A DNA stretch of 30,507 nucleotides from an uncultured Rikenella sp. (lineage in GTDB: Bacteria; Bacteroidota; Bacteroidia; Bacteroidales; VadinHA17), in the NCBI GenBank assembly GCA_964530645.1, contig CAZHAI010000001.1:1-30507 (forward strand), read 5' to 3'. The notes beneath the pieces are model-generated. The model searched no databases and was not told the origin of the DNA. It worked only from the letters and a program-made list of their open reading frames with translations. This document shows positions 1 to 10,300 of the stretch, piece by piece (positions within the stretch are counted from its first letter, which is position 1; each line of letters begins with the position of its first letter). The translations under genes were made by a program, and so were the position numbers.

Positions 1-16
1 CTTTTTTTTCGAACCG

Positions 17-24
17 CAAAGGTA
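17..24 (-). promoter_or_regulatory. Bacteroidota -7 promoter element (TACCTTTG) for a gene to the left of the window
   Basis: caaaggta on + = TACCTTTG on -, an exact TAnnTTTG match pointing out of the window. No clear -33 TTTG. Confidence 0.5.
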
Positions 25-114
25 ATAAAAAGGCGGATAAAATGAAATATCCTTTCTTCTATTTGCAGCAGGCCGGTTCTGACAGGCTGTCGCATAAAGA
101 CGAAGGCATAATTT

Positions 115-1023
115 TTATTTGTGACGGGCTCTGGGATGGTACATCAACACTGTGTCCCTGAGGTAACTCCGGTCAATATGTGTATATATCTCCGTGGTTG
201 TTATGGATTCATGGCCCAGCATCTCCTGAACGGCACGCAGATCAGCTCCTCCCTCCACGAGGTGGGTGGCAAAGGAGTGCCGAAGAGTGTGCGGGCTGAT
301 GGTTCTGGTTACACCGGCAGCCGCTGCAGCATCCTTAACAATCTTAAACACCATGACCCGCGTCAGTTTCCTTCCGCGCCGGTTGAGAAAGAGAATGTTC
401 GGGTCAGTTATCAGGGGCATAACAGACCGGAACGCCATGTAATTGTCTATCTCTTTGAGAGTGACTGAACCGATTGGCACCAGCCGCTGTTTGTTTCCCT
501 TGCCTGTGACGCTGACAAAACCCTCATTCCTGTGGATATCAGTCAGGCGCATGTTTACAAGCTCTGAAACTCTTAGCCCGCAGCCGTACATTGTCTCGAT
601 GATTGCCCTGTTGCGGTGACCAAGGTCTGTGCTGAGATCAAATGATGCCACCATCCTGTCGATCTCATCCACCGAGAGCACCTCAGGCAGATGCAATCCG
701 CTCCTTGGTGCTTCAAGGAGGGCAGAAGGATCATCTTTGATTATGTTCTCTGCCAGCATATACTGGCAGAACGACCTGATGCCGGATATGAGCCGCGCCT
801 GGGTGGTTGCTGCATTATCCATCCCGGCAATTAATGCAACGAAGTCACTCAGGTCAGTGTAACTGAGTGCCGATGGGGCTTTCCCATCCCTGTGCTCTGC
901 AATATATTCACTAAGCCTCCGGACATCGTTCATGTATGCTGCCACGCTGTTCGCCGAGAGGGAACGCTCAATCCTGAGATACCTCCCGAACCCCTTGGTC
1001 GCATCACTCCATGATATTGTCAT
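115..1023 (-). CDS. xerD: Site-specific tyrosine recombinase XerD (chromosomal)
   Basis: N-terminal YLRIERSLSANSVAAY; catalytic motifs GLRVSE, GKGNK, HTLRHSFATH, LGH, TTEIY. Likely start MTISW at 1023; an upstream in-frame ATG lies at 1032. Confidence 0.92.
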   Translation of the reverse strand: MTISWSDATKGFGRYLRIERSLSANSVAAYMNDVRRLSEYIAEHRDGKAPSALSYTDLSDFVALIAGMDNAATTQARLISGIRSFCQYMLAENIIKDDPSALLEAPRSGLHLPEVLSVDEIDRMVASFDLSTDLGHRNRAIIETMYGCGLRVSELVNMRLTDIHRNEGFVSVTGKGNKQRLVPIGSVTLKEIDNYMAFRSVMPLITDPNILFLNRRGRKLTRVMVFKIVKDAAAAAGVTRTISPHTLRHSFATHLVEGGADLRAVQEMLGHESITTTEIYTHIDRSYLRDTVLMYHPRARHK

Positions 1024-1085
1024 ATGCTGCATTTACAAGGTCCTAAAGTTATATCTTATAAAGGTCTGAAATCCGGTCATTTCGT

Positions 1086-1093
1086 TATTTTTG
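1086..1093 (+). promoter_or_regulatory. -7 promoter element (TATTTTTG) upstream of the aroQ-pyk operon
   Basis: Exact TAnnTTTG match 36 nt upstream of the aroQ ATG. Confidence 0.55.
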
Positions 1094-1129
1094 TAACCGC
1101 GGTAATCACCGCTACACTGAACCCGGACT

Positions 1130-1555
1130 ATGAAAGTAGAAATAATCAACGGACCCAACCTCAATCTCCTCGGCAGGAGAGAACCGGCCATATACGGAAC
1201 AGAAGGAATCAGCGCGGTCATCTCGGCGCTCCGGTCACGGTTTCCGAAGGTTGAATTCACCCATTCACAGTCGAATATTGAGGGTGAACTTGTGAACATG
1301 ATACAGTCTGCCGGCAGCCGTGCAGACGGGATTATAATCAATCCCGGCGGTTACACTCATACATCGGTCGCCATAGCAGACGCCATAGCTGCCATCGGCA
1401 TTCCGGTGATTGAGGTGCATATCTCGAACCTTCTTTCCAGGGAGGAGTTTCGTCATACAAGCCTGACCGGCCGTTACTGCCGCGGAACCATCATGGGACT
1501 GGGGGTTGACGGATACAGGCTGGCAGTTGAAGCCCTGATTGAATTATCGAAATAA
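1130..1555 (+). CDS. aroQ: Type II 3-dehydroquinate dehydratase
   Basis: GPNLNLLGRREPAIYG, NPGGYTHTS and EVHISN...REEFRH motifs; 141 aa. Confidence 0.97.
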   Translation: MKVEIINGPNLNLLGRREPAIYGTEGISAVISALRSRFPKVEFTHSQSNIEGELVNMIQSAGSRADGIIINPGGYTHTSVAIADAIAAIGIPVIEVHISNLLSREEFRHTSLTGRYCRGTIMGLGVDGYRLAVEALIELSK

Positions 1556-1566
1556 CCCGGATCACA

Positions 1567-3024
1567 ATGGCAAAAGGCCTCCTTAAAAAGAGAACAAAGA
1601 TTGTCGCAACAATCTCCGACAGAAACTGCGAGCCCCAATTCCTGCGCAGGCTGCACGAGGCAGGAATGGATGTAGTAAGGATAAATTCCGCACATCTCGA
1701 TCCTGAGGGCGTCAGGAAGATCGTTTCCAATGCCAGGAGCATATCGGACAAGATAGCCATCCTGCTTGACACAAAGGGTCCGGAGATCAGGACCACCACC
1801 TGTGATGAGCCGGTCAGGTTCCTAAAGGGCGAAACCGTCCGGGTAGCAGGAAATACGAAGGAGAAGACCACACACGAGGTTATCAATGTCAACTACTGTG
1901 ACATCGCAAAGTATGTCCCCGAAGGAGCGTTTATCCTCATAGATGACGGGGAGCTCGAGATTAAGATAACAGGAAGGGAGGGCAGGACCCTCCTGGGCAG
2001 GATCGAGAACGACGGCACCCTTGGCTCGCGCAAGACTGTCAACATCCCGCAGGTCAGGATCAACCTGCCCTCTGTCAGCGAGCGTGACCTCGCCTTTATA
2101 GACCTGGCGGTGGAGCTTGATCTCGAATTCATCGCGCACTCTTTTGTAAGGTCGAAGGAGGATGTTCTGGCAGTACAGAGACTGCTTGACAATCTGTCGA
2201 GCCCGATCAAGATAATTGCCAAGATCGAGAACCAGCAGGGGGTTGACAACCTGGAGGAGATAATGGACCATTCATACGGCATTATGGTTGCGCGTGGCGA
2301 CCTGGCCATTGAAGTGCCTTTTGAACGTATCCCCGGGATCCAGCGAAACATTATCTCCAGGTGCATTGAGAAGCGCAAACCGGTCATTGTGGCTACCCAG
2401 ATGCTTCACTCGATGATACATAGCCCCAGGCCCACAAGGGCCGAGGTAAGTGACGTTGCCAATGCCATATACAGCCAGACCGACGCCCTTATGCTGAGCG
2501 GTGAGACAGCCGCAGGCAAATACCCGGTGGAGGCCGTCAGGACGATGACACGCATTGCCTCCGAGGTGGAGCAGGAAAAGGACGAGTATATCGAGATGCC
2601 CGCCGGTTCCCTGAGCGGCCCCGTCTCTGCATACCTGGCAAAAGTGGCTGTAAAAACATCAATAAGGATCAAGGCAAAGACAATCCTCTCGGATACAGTT
2701 AACGGCACAGCCATCAGGAACATGGCAGCATTCCGTGGGATAAATCCCGTAATCGCACATTGCTACTCTAACCGCACAATGAGGGAACTGGCACTGTCAT
2801 ACGGAGTCATACCTGTCTTCGTTGAAAAGAAAATGTCGGTAGACGAATTCATCCATACTGCAATAAAAGAGCTGCTGAGGAAACACAGCCTGAAAAACAG
2901 TGATATCGTGGTGGTACTGGCAGGTAACTTCTCAAGGGGTACCGGGTTCTCATTCATTGAGGTGGGGACAATTGATTACCTGAAGGAAAGGTCCGGTGTT
3001 ACCGAAAAGGATCTGATGGCGTGA
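1567..3024 (+). CDS. pyk: Pyruvate kinase
   Basis: RTKIVAT, LDTKGPEIRT, IAKIEN, MVARGDL, ATQML.SM...PRPTRAEVSDVANA, MLSGETA.GKYP; 485 aa. Confidence 0.97.
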   Translation: MAKGLLKKRTKIVATISDRNCEPQFLRRLHEAGMDVVRINSAHLDPEGVRKIVSNARSISDKIAILLDTKGPEIRTTTCDEPVRFLKGETVRVAGNTKEKTTHEVINVNYCDIAKYVPEGAFILIDDGELEIKITGREGRTLLGRIENDGTLGSRKTVNIPQVRINLPSVSERDLAFIDLAVELDLEFIAHSFVRSKEDVLAVQRLLDNLSSPIKIIAKIENQQGVDNLEEIMDHSYGIMVARGDLAIEVPFERIPGIQRNIISRCIEKRKPVIVATQMLHSMIHSPRPTRAEVSDVANAIYSQTDALMLSGETAAGKYPVEAVRTMTRIASEVEQEKDEYIEMPAGSLSGPVSAYLAKVAVKTSIRIKAKTILSDTVNGTAIRNMAAFRGINPVIAHCYSNRTMRELALSYGVIPVFVEKKMSVDEFIHTAIKELLRKHSLKNSDIVVVLAGNFSRGTGFSFIEVGTIDYLKERSGVTEKDLMA

Positions 3025-3052
3025 TTTTTGATGCAATCATTGGAGATCCGGC

Positions 3053-3514
3053 ATGAAAACGATATTATTTGCAATATTGCTGCTTCTCCACCCCGTACAC
3101 GTCTCACTTACCGGTATGGAATATGATGATGTGAACAGGATATGGTCAGTCTTTGTTAAGGTCTGGACTGATGATCTTGAGGCTGACATGGACCTTGGCA
3201 GGAGCGGTGGTGGCCCGATTTCAGGAAACCGGGAAGAGCGATTTTTTCTATATCTTTCCGACCGGATAATCATTATGGAGGATGGGATCCCCTTGCAGAT
3301 GGAACTGGTTTCTGCCACGGCAGACGGATTGGAACACCGGTTTACTCTCAGGGCACAAGGAAAGGGTGATGCAGACAGCGTGACAGTTGTAAACCGGATC
3401 ATGACCCGCCTTTATGAAGACCAGGCAAACATGCTCCTCATCAGCCTGGGCGTAACTGAAGAGGGATACCGTTTCACCGCGACTGATACGATGAAGAGCT
3501 ATAAAGTGAAATAA
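3053..3514 (+). CDS. Secreted hypothetical protein, DUF6702-like
   Basis: Short signal peptide followed by HPVHVSLTGMEY...VKVWTDDLE, resembling the Bacteroidota DUF6702 family (recalled motif). Confidence 0.7.
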   Translation: MKTILFAILLLLHPVHVSLTGMEYDDVNRIWSVFVKVWTDDLEADMDLGRSGGGPISGNREERFFLYLSDRIIIMEDGIPLQMELVSATADGLEHRFTLRAQGKGDADSVTVVNRIMTRLYEDQANMLLISLGVTEEGYRFTATDTMKSYKVK

Positions 3515-3525
3515 AAGGGAGTGAG

Positions 3526-6138
3526 ATGAGAAGAAGATTTTATTGCGCATTGGCCCTGATACTTGCTGTGACATCTGTCGCAACGGCGACTCACAACAGG
3601 GCCGGTGAGATCACCTACAGGCAGATTTCCGACCTTACCTTTGAAGTGACAGTGACAACTTTTACATATACCCTCAGCAAGGCTGACAGGCCGTCACTTG
3701 ACGTGGAATGGGGTGACAACTCAATCACCAGTGTCGGAAGGGACTCTGAGACTTTCCTGCCCAACAACTATAAGAAAAACGTTTACACTGAGCAGCATAC
3801 TTATCCCGGACCCGGTGTCTACAGGATAGTCGTACAGGATCCGAACAGGAACCTGGGCGTTGAAAACATCCCCAACTCGGTTAATGTTGTCTTTTCTATC
3901 TCTACCGTTCTCATCGTCAACTCCGCGGTAGGACGCAACAGCACCCCCGTGCTGCTCAATCCTCCCTATGACAAGGCAGCGCTTGGTCAGATTTTCATCC
4001 ATAACCCCGCGGCCTTCGATCCTGACGGTGACAGTCTTTCATATAAACTCACAGTCTGCACAAGGGAGGATGGCAAACCGATCCTGAACTATACATTACC
4101 TGCTGCTTCCAGAACTTTCTATGTTGATTCCATCTCCGGTGACCTGGTCTGGGATGCCCCGACTGCTATCGGCATTTACAATGTTGCAATGGAAATTCAG
4201 GAATGGCGAGCCGGCATTAAGATAGGCATCGTTGTCCGGGATATGCAGATTGAGGTATACGAGACTGACAACAAACCTCCCGTCACCTCTGCACTTCCGG
4301 ATCTGTGTGTGGAGGCAGGCGAGACCGTCTCACTTGAGATCACCGCCACAGACGCTGATCTCGATTCAATAACCCTTCTGGCTACCTCGGGTATTTTCTC
4401 TGCAACAGATTGTCCCGCCACTTTCACTACAATTTCCTCTTCAGCCGGGCTTACACGGGCAAGACTCATGTGGGTACCCTGCCACAGTGCCGTCCGTCAT
4501 CAGCCGTATGATATCATTATCAAGGCGGAGGACTCAAATGATGATCTCCAGCTTGTAGACATTGACAACATGAGCATCAAGGTTCTCGGACCTTCACCAG
4601 TGTTGCTCTCAGCTGTTCCTGTTGGCAAGTTCGCCCAGCTCACCTGGGCCGGCTACAATACAAGCTTTATTTCGGGATTCAGCATCTACCGGCGCGAGGG
4701 AGCATCTTCACTGACGGCTGACACCTGCTATGACGGCATACCGCCCTCTGCCGGATTCATCAAGGTCGGATATGTTGCCGGTCACACCGCCATCTCTTTC
4801 ACTGACACCGACAACGGCAACGGCCTCGACGCAGGTACCGAATATGCCTACAGGATAGTGGCTGTCTATCCCAACGGAACAGAGAGCAAGCCTTCCAACG
4901 AGATCGTTACATCGCTCATAACAGGCATTCCCCTTATAACAAACGTTTCAATCAGAAATACGCACCCGGTCAACGGGTCGCTGACTCTTGCCTGGCAGAA
5001 ACCCCGGGACCTTGATACTATTCCTGCCAACGGGCCTTATGAATATCTTATCTACCGGGCAGAGGGAGTCGCAGGCACCTCCTGGACCCTGATCCACACA
5101 CTCCCGACAGCCGATCTTAATGATACCGTGTATGTCGATACACTGATCAACACACTCGAAAAGGCCTGGGTGTACAAGGTTGAGCTTTACAATAACGCTC
5201 CTGGCGACAGGTTCCTGATTGGTGATCCCGGCATCGCTTCTTCGCTGTTTATCACGGCCCTGCCGGGAGACAGGAAGGTGAGGTTTGTAATTAACCGCAA
5301 TGTTCCATGGATCAATACCTCCTATGATTTTTACAGGTTCAACGGGGTGACATGGGTGCTTGTCGGGACAACCAACCAGCTCAACTTCACAGACGGGAAT
5401 CTTGTCAACGGCACAGAATACTGTTACTATGCCGTATCCACCGGAGGATACCAGGGAGCAGGTACGCCAAAGAACCTTATCAATCTTTCGCAGCGCACCT
5501 GTGCCGTGCCAGTGGACAATGAGCCCCCGTGCACGCCTGAACTGACAGTCTCATCTCAGTGCGACAGTCTTTACAATACAGTCCGCTGGACTATTGAAGA
5601 TCCTCTCTGTTCGGAGGATATCGCCGGATACAAATTATTCTACAAGCAGACGACAGGGAATGATTTGTCGCTACTGATCACATTTGATGACAGGGAAGTG
5701 CTTAAATACATTCACCCGCTTCCCGAATACGTTGCGGGATGCTATGCAATATCATCCTTTGACGTGAACGGGAATGAAAGTCCCCTTTCAACCATTGTTT
5801 GTGTGGATTCATGCAACTTCTACGAGATACCCAATGTATTCACTCCCAACGGGGATGATGTGAACGACTGGCTGCTGGCCAAGACCTCGGCGCTGGTGGA
5901 GCGGGTGGAGTTCAGGCTTTTCAACAGGGCCGGAGTTCTTGTGTTCAGCACTACCGAACCAAGGCTTAACTGGGACGGCACCTACAAGGGCAACGTAGTC
6001 CCAACCGGCGTATATTACTATGACTGTGAGGTATTTGAACGAAGGGTCAGCGGTCTGGAACAGTTTCATCTGAGCGGTTTCATCCATGTCATCACTGAAA
6101 AGGGAGCTGGTCCCGCAATTATCGAAGGAAAAAAATGA
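3526..6138 (+). CDS. T9SS cargo protein with type B (gliding-motility-associated, CHU_C) C-terminal domain and FN3/Ig-like repeats
   Basis: Signal peptide, then ATHNRAGEITY; FN3-like segments (YAYRIVAV, YCYYAVS); C-terminal IPNVFTPNGDDVND...FNRAGVLVF...WDG...GVYYY. Confidence 0.88.
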   Translation: MRRRFYCALALILAVTSVATATHNRAGEITYRQISDLTFEVTVTTFTYTLSKADRPSLDVEWGDNSITSVGRDSETFLPNNYKKNVYTEQHTYPGPGVYRIVVQDPNRNLGVENIPNSVNVVFSISTVLIVNSAVGRNSTPVLLNPPYDKAALGQIFIHNPAAFDPDGDSLSYKLTVCTREDGKPILNYTLPAASRTFYVDSISGDLVWDAPTAIGIYNVAMEIQEWRAGIKIGIVVRDMQIEVYETDNKPPVTSALPDLCVEAGETVSLEITATDADLDSITLLATSGIFSATDCPATFTTISSSAGLTRARLMWVPCHSAVRHQPYDIIIKAEDSNDDLQLVDIDNMSIKVLGPSPVLLSAVPVGKFAQLTWAGYNTSFISGFSIYRREGASSLTADTCYDGIPPSAGFIKVGYVAGHTAISFTDTDNGNGLDAGTEYAYRIVAVYPNGTESKPSNEIVTSLITGIPLITNVSIRNTHPVNGSLTLAWQKPRDLDTIPANGPYEYLIYRAEGVAGTSWTLIHTLPTADLNDTVYVDTLINTLEKAWVYKVELYNNAPGDRFLIGDPGIASSLFITALPGDRKVRFVINRNVPWINTSYDFYRFNGVTWVLVGTTNQLNFTDGNLVNGTEYCYYAVSTGGYQGAGTPKNLINLSQRTCAVPVDNEPPCTPELTVSSQCDSLYNTVRWTIEDPLCSEDIAGYKLFYKQTTGNDLSLLITFDDREVLKYIHPLPEYVAGCYAISSFDVNGNESPLSTIVCVDSCNFYEIPNVFTPNGDDVNDWLLAKTSALVERVEFRLFNRAGVLVFSTTEPRLNWDGTYKGNVVPTGVYYYDCEVFERRVSGLEQFHLSGFIHVITEKGAGPAIIEGKK

Positions 6139-7346
6139 CAGCAATGAAAAAAATATTCTTCAGCCTTGCCGTTTTGCTTGTCTCCCATATCATGTCAGGC
6201 CAGCAGTACTTTGATACGGTGCTCAGGGCGGTGAGCCTCGCCGGCAGGGGTGATGCAGAGCAGGCATCCCGACTTCTGGCTGAGACGGGCGGAACATCTG
6301 ATGATGCAGGATTGCTTAACGTAAGGGGGGATATATATCTGAAAGCCGGCATGCTCAGGGAAGCAAAAGCTGATTTTATGAGGGCGGAAAGCCTGCACCA
6401 TGGCTCCGGACTCTACGGCCTTGCCCGATGCGCTGCCGCAGCGGGTGACGCAAAAGCCACTGTATCAATTCTGGAATCACACCTTAAATCACCCCAACGA
6501 AGAAGCGAACCGGAGATAATACTTGATGCTGCCTTCAGTAAGATAACATCATCTCCCGAGTGGAGAGCTCTCTGGAAGAAGGACTGGTACCGGGTATATG
6601 AAAGGAAAAGCTGGGAGATAGATCATTACCTGAGGTCAGGCCTCACTGACCGGGCAGCTGAAGTATATGCCGAACTCTCTGCACTCTATCCCGAAATGCC
6701 CGTGACGGAGTACTGCAATGCGCGCATCCTGACAAGCCGCGGTAGATATCGCGAGGCCGCAGTCATTCTTGCAGGCCTGACATCATCACCGGATGCACCT
6801 TCCGAATGGTTGATGGCGCTTGCTGCCGCCAGGGAGGGAGAGAACAGTCACTATGAGGCTGCAACGGTATACGACAGACTGATCAAAGCACAGTACCCTG
6901 ATCCCGGTCTGCTTCTGAAGAAATCACGCATGCTTCTCAGGGCAGGTGACAGGGAAGCTGCAAAAAAGGAGATGCAGAGATATATCTCGATTGATCCTGA
7001 AAATACAGAAGCCCTGGGGCTTATTGGCAAGACCTATGCGGAGGAGGGAGCGATCTATGAAGCCCTTCCTTACCTGAATGAGAATGTTGAAAAACACCCC
7101 GGCGAGGCCTCTGCTTTCAGCCTCCGTGGTGATGCATGGCTGGCAGCACGTACATGGGACATGGCAGCAGAGGATTATACAATGAGCCTCGACCTTGACC
7201 CTGAAAACGGGCAGGTGAACCTTAATCTTGGGATTGCCCTCATAAACAGCGGCAGCAGCGGGGATGCATGCCATTACCTGCGCAAGGCCAGAAGCCTGGG
7301 TATTAAAGAGGCCACTGATTTGCTGGCAAAACACTGTCTCAGGTAA
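6135..7346 (+). CDS. Exported tetratricopeptide repeat protein
   Basis: Signal peptide and several TPR-like helical pairs (e.g. NVRGDIYLKAGMLREAKADF, LRGDAWLAARTWDMAAEDY, NLGIALINSG). 4-nt overlap with the upstream gene. Confidence 0.85.
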   Translation: MTAMKKIFFSLAVLLVSHIMSGQQYFDTVLRAVSLAGRGDAEQASRLLAETGGTSDDAGLLNVRGDIYLKAGMLREAKADFMRAESLHHGSGLYGLARCAAAAGDAKATVSILESHLKSPQRRSEPEIILDAAFSKITSSPEWRALWKKDWYRVYERKSWEIDHYLRSGLTDRAAEVYAELSALYPEMPVTEYCNARILTSRGRYREAAVILAGLTSSPDAPSEWLMALAAAREGENSHYEAATVYDRLIKAQYPDPGLLLKKSRMLLRAGDREAAKKEMQRYISIDPENTEALGLIGKTYAEEGAIYEALPYLNENVEKHPGEASAFSLRGDAWLAARTWDMAAEDYTMSLDLDPENGQVNLNLGIALINSGSSGDACHYLRKARSLGIKEATDLLAKHCLR

Positions 7347-7369
7347 ACATCACCCGGAGAGGTCAGAAA

Positions 7370-10300
7370 TTACCTTACATTCTTGAATATTCTGTCGTAC
7401 AGGTCTTTGGGCTTGAAGGGCTTAAGCACATAATCATTAATAGCCAGGTTCTCGATCTTGTCATGCGCCTCTGACATTACAGCGGCGGTGAGTGCCACTA
7501 TTGGTATCTGGCTGATTTTTCTGTCAGACGAACCCCTGATTATCCGTGTGGCCTCAATTCCATCCATTACGGGCATGTGAAGGTCCATGAGGATAAGGTC
7601 AAACTGCTGCTTCCTGATCTCCTCCAGTGCCAGTGCACCGTTCTCAACGTGGGTGACAATAACACCCCAGCTCTCCAGGAATTTATTAGCTACGAAGAAG
7701 TTTATCCTGTTGTCCTCCGCAACAAGTATTTTCTTGCCTGTAAGACCCTTCATGCTGTCAGTTGCAGCACCCTGTTCCGCTGCTTTTGTTTCGATGGCCG
7801 GAACACTGTATTCAATTGAGAATGTAAAGACAGCTCCCTTGTCAGGCTCACTGGCCACCCCGATGATTCCACCCTGGAGATTGACAAGTTTCTTGCAGAT
7901 GGCCAGACCCAGTCCTGTTCCTCCATACTTTCTGGTGGTATCAGCCGATGCCTGGGCGTAGCTCTCAAATATCTCCTGATGCTTATCCAAAGGAATCCCG
8001 ATACCTGTATCAGCAACCGAAAACTCTATCGTTGCTTTCCCTTCCACACGGCTGCCGACCGATGCTTTAAGCGTTACCCCGCCCTTTGATGTGAACTTCA
8101 TGGCATTGGAGAGCAGGTTTGAAAGAATCTGATTAAGCCTGATCGGGTCACCGATAAGTGTCACAGGAAAATCCGGACTCTTTTCCAGGGCGAAATAGAT
8201 GCCTTTCTCCAGTGCCCGGTGGCTGTATGACCTCCTGATGTCTTCAAGCATACTGACCAGGTCAAACTCCGTCTTCTCAAACACAATCTTTCCGGCCTCC
8301 ATCTTATTGTAGTCAAGGATATCATTGACAAGGCTGAGGAGGTGGTTGGCGGAGAACCGGAGTGTATTTATATAGTCCATCTGATCCTCCCGCGGGTTGC
8401 TCTGATGGAGCAGGTTGGTTATACCTATCACCTCATTCAGCGGTGTACGTATCTCATGACTCATCGTTGACATGAACTGCTGCTTGGAGAAAGCAGCCTC
8501 CTCGGCTCTCTTGCGTGCCGTGATCAGGTTGTCAAGCATTCTTCGACGCTGCAGCGTGAGAACTATCTGGTTTGCAATGAACTCGAAAACCTGCAGGTCT
8601 TCGTTTGTGAATGCATCGATCTTCTTGTAGTCCTGAAGGCAGATTGCCCCGATGACCTCGTCGTCCATCCTGAGCGGCACACCCATCCATATCTTGCAGG
8701 GCGAACCTACAAGGCTTATGGCACCGGTTTTTTCGATCTTGAGGATATCATGCTCATCGAGCAGCACGGCCTTGTTATTCCTGATAACCCACCCGGTCAG
8801 GGTGTTTCTGGCTGCCGTTTCCTGGAAATGGTCCCGCTCGTCCGCGAAGAAGGGAAATGTAAGTGTATCCTTCTCGCTGTTATACAGGGCAATGAAGAAG
8901 TTGTTGACATTCCAGAGCTTGCCTATCTCCTTTACAATTGTCGGATAAATGTCGAAGATATCACTGTCCTGCAATGCCACGGTGGAGATATTATACTGTA
9001 TCTCCTGCATGAGCCTGCTCTTTATCTCCCTCGATATGTCACGGTAGATCCCCAGGAAGGCGATTGTCCTGTCGTTTGAGATGACAGATGAAGCAATGAG
9101 GGAAACATTTATCCTGTTACCCTGTTTGTCCTTCCTCAGGGTCTCCAGGTAACCGGTACCTGTGGAGAGAGCCATCTCATCGATTTTCACCGCCTCGTCA
9201 CGAAGTTCATCCGGCACAACAAGGTCGTCAATCATCCTGTTCATTGCCTCATCGGTTTCGAAACCGAAGAGTTTAGTGAAGCCATGGTTGATGCGCATGA
9301 TCCGCCCGTCGAAGTCGGTCAGGACGATAGCCTCGGGGGCGGCATCAATGAGGTGTTCGAGCAGTGCCTTTTCGTTTGAAAGCTTTTGTTCGTACTCCTT
9401 GTGCTTGCTGACGTCAGTGAGCACGCACCTGTACCCCGTCACCCGGTTTCTTATAATGATGGGCCCTGCATGAAAAAGCACTGAAACATTTCGCTTCAGA
9501 TTATTTACAAGGATATATTCGTCAAATGTTATCTGACCAGGTTTGGTCAGGCCCGACAGTTCCCTCATCAGCCTGTCCAGGTCATCTGCCAGGAATAGCT
9601 CAGAGAGTGTTACCCCCTTTGCAAGGTCATTGTTGTCGAACCCCAGGGTCATCATCCCCTGGGTGTTCATGAATGTGACATGGCCCTGGGTGTCTATCTC
9701 CATTATCATCTCAGGCAGGAGTTCGGCGAAGGTCTCGAAGACGATACCCTGTTTGAGGATCTCGCTCTCTCTTTCCTTCTGGGCCTTTCCTGCCTCCCAT
9801 GTGACAAGGATGTCTCCTGAGGAGAGAAGCAGGCCTATGTAATATCCCGCCTCGTCACTGCCGTCAGGTGATACAGGTATCTTGTGGGGTCTGCGGCTTG
9901 TCTCCAGGCTGTCAAGCAGGCTGAGAAAGGCCTCGCTTTTTGCAAGGGGAGTCTCAATGACTTCCTTGCCCAGCATATCCTTGCGGTCAAGCTGTTCAAC
10001 ATCCTCAGCCCTGTAGTTGAATTCGATTATGAAATGCTTGTTCTCTGCTTCGCGCCTCAGGATGATGGAGTAACTGCTCATTGAATCGAAGATCTCCTTC
10101 AGAATCTTCTCCGACTCCGCCCTGGCGAAACCGCCGTTGAGCGCGCTAATATCATTGTAGTATGTAATGAGGTATATTTCTTCGCCAAGGAAAAAAGTAC
10201 GCGCGCTGAAGAGGAAGGTGCGCTCCTCACCGGAACGCATCCGCAGTTTTATCTCCAGGTCACTCACTCTCTTGAGTCTCGAGAGAAGTCTCATGTACTT

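Noticed and set aside
115-1032. Tyrosine recombinase as the integrase of a mobile element
   Set aside because: It looks like housekeeping XerD (size, motifs). Its neighbours are core genes, and I saw no att-like repeats, tRNA target or cargo genes.
1822-2957. Several 100-165 aa antisense ORFs over pyk, and similar ones over other long genes
   Set aside because: Expected by-products of GC-rich third codon positions; no motifs or translation signals.
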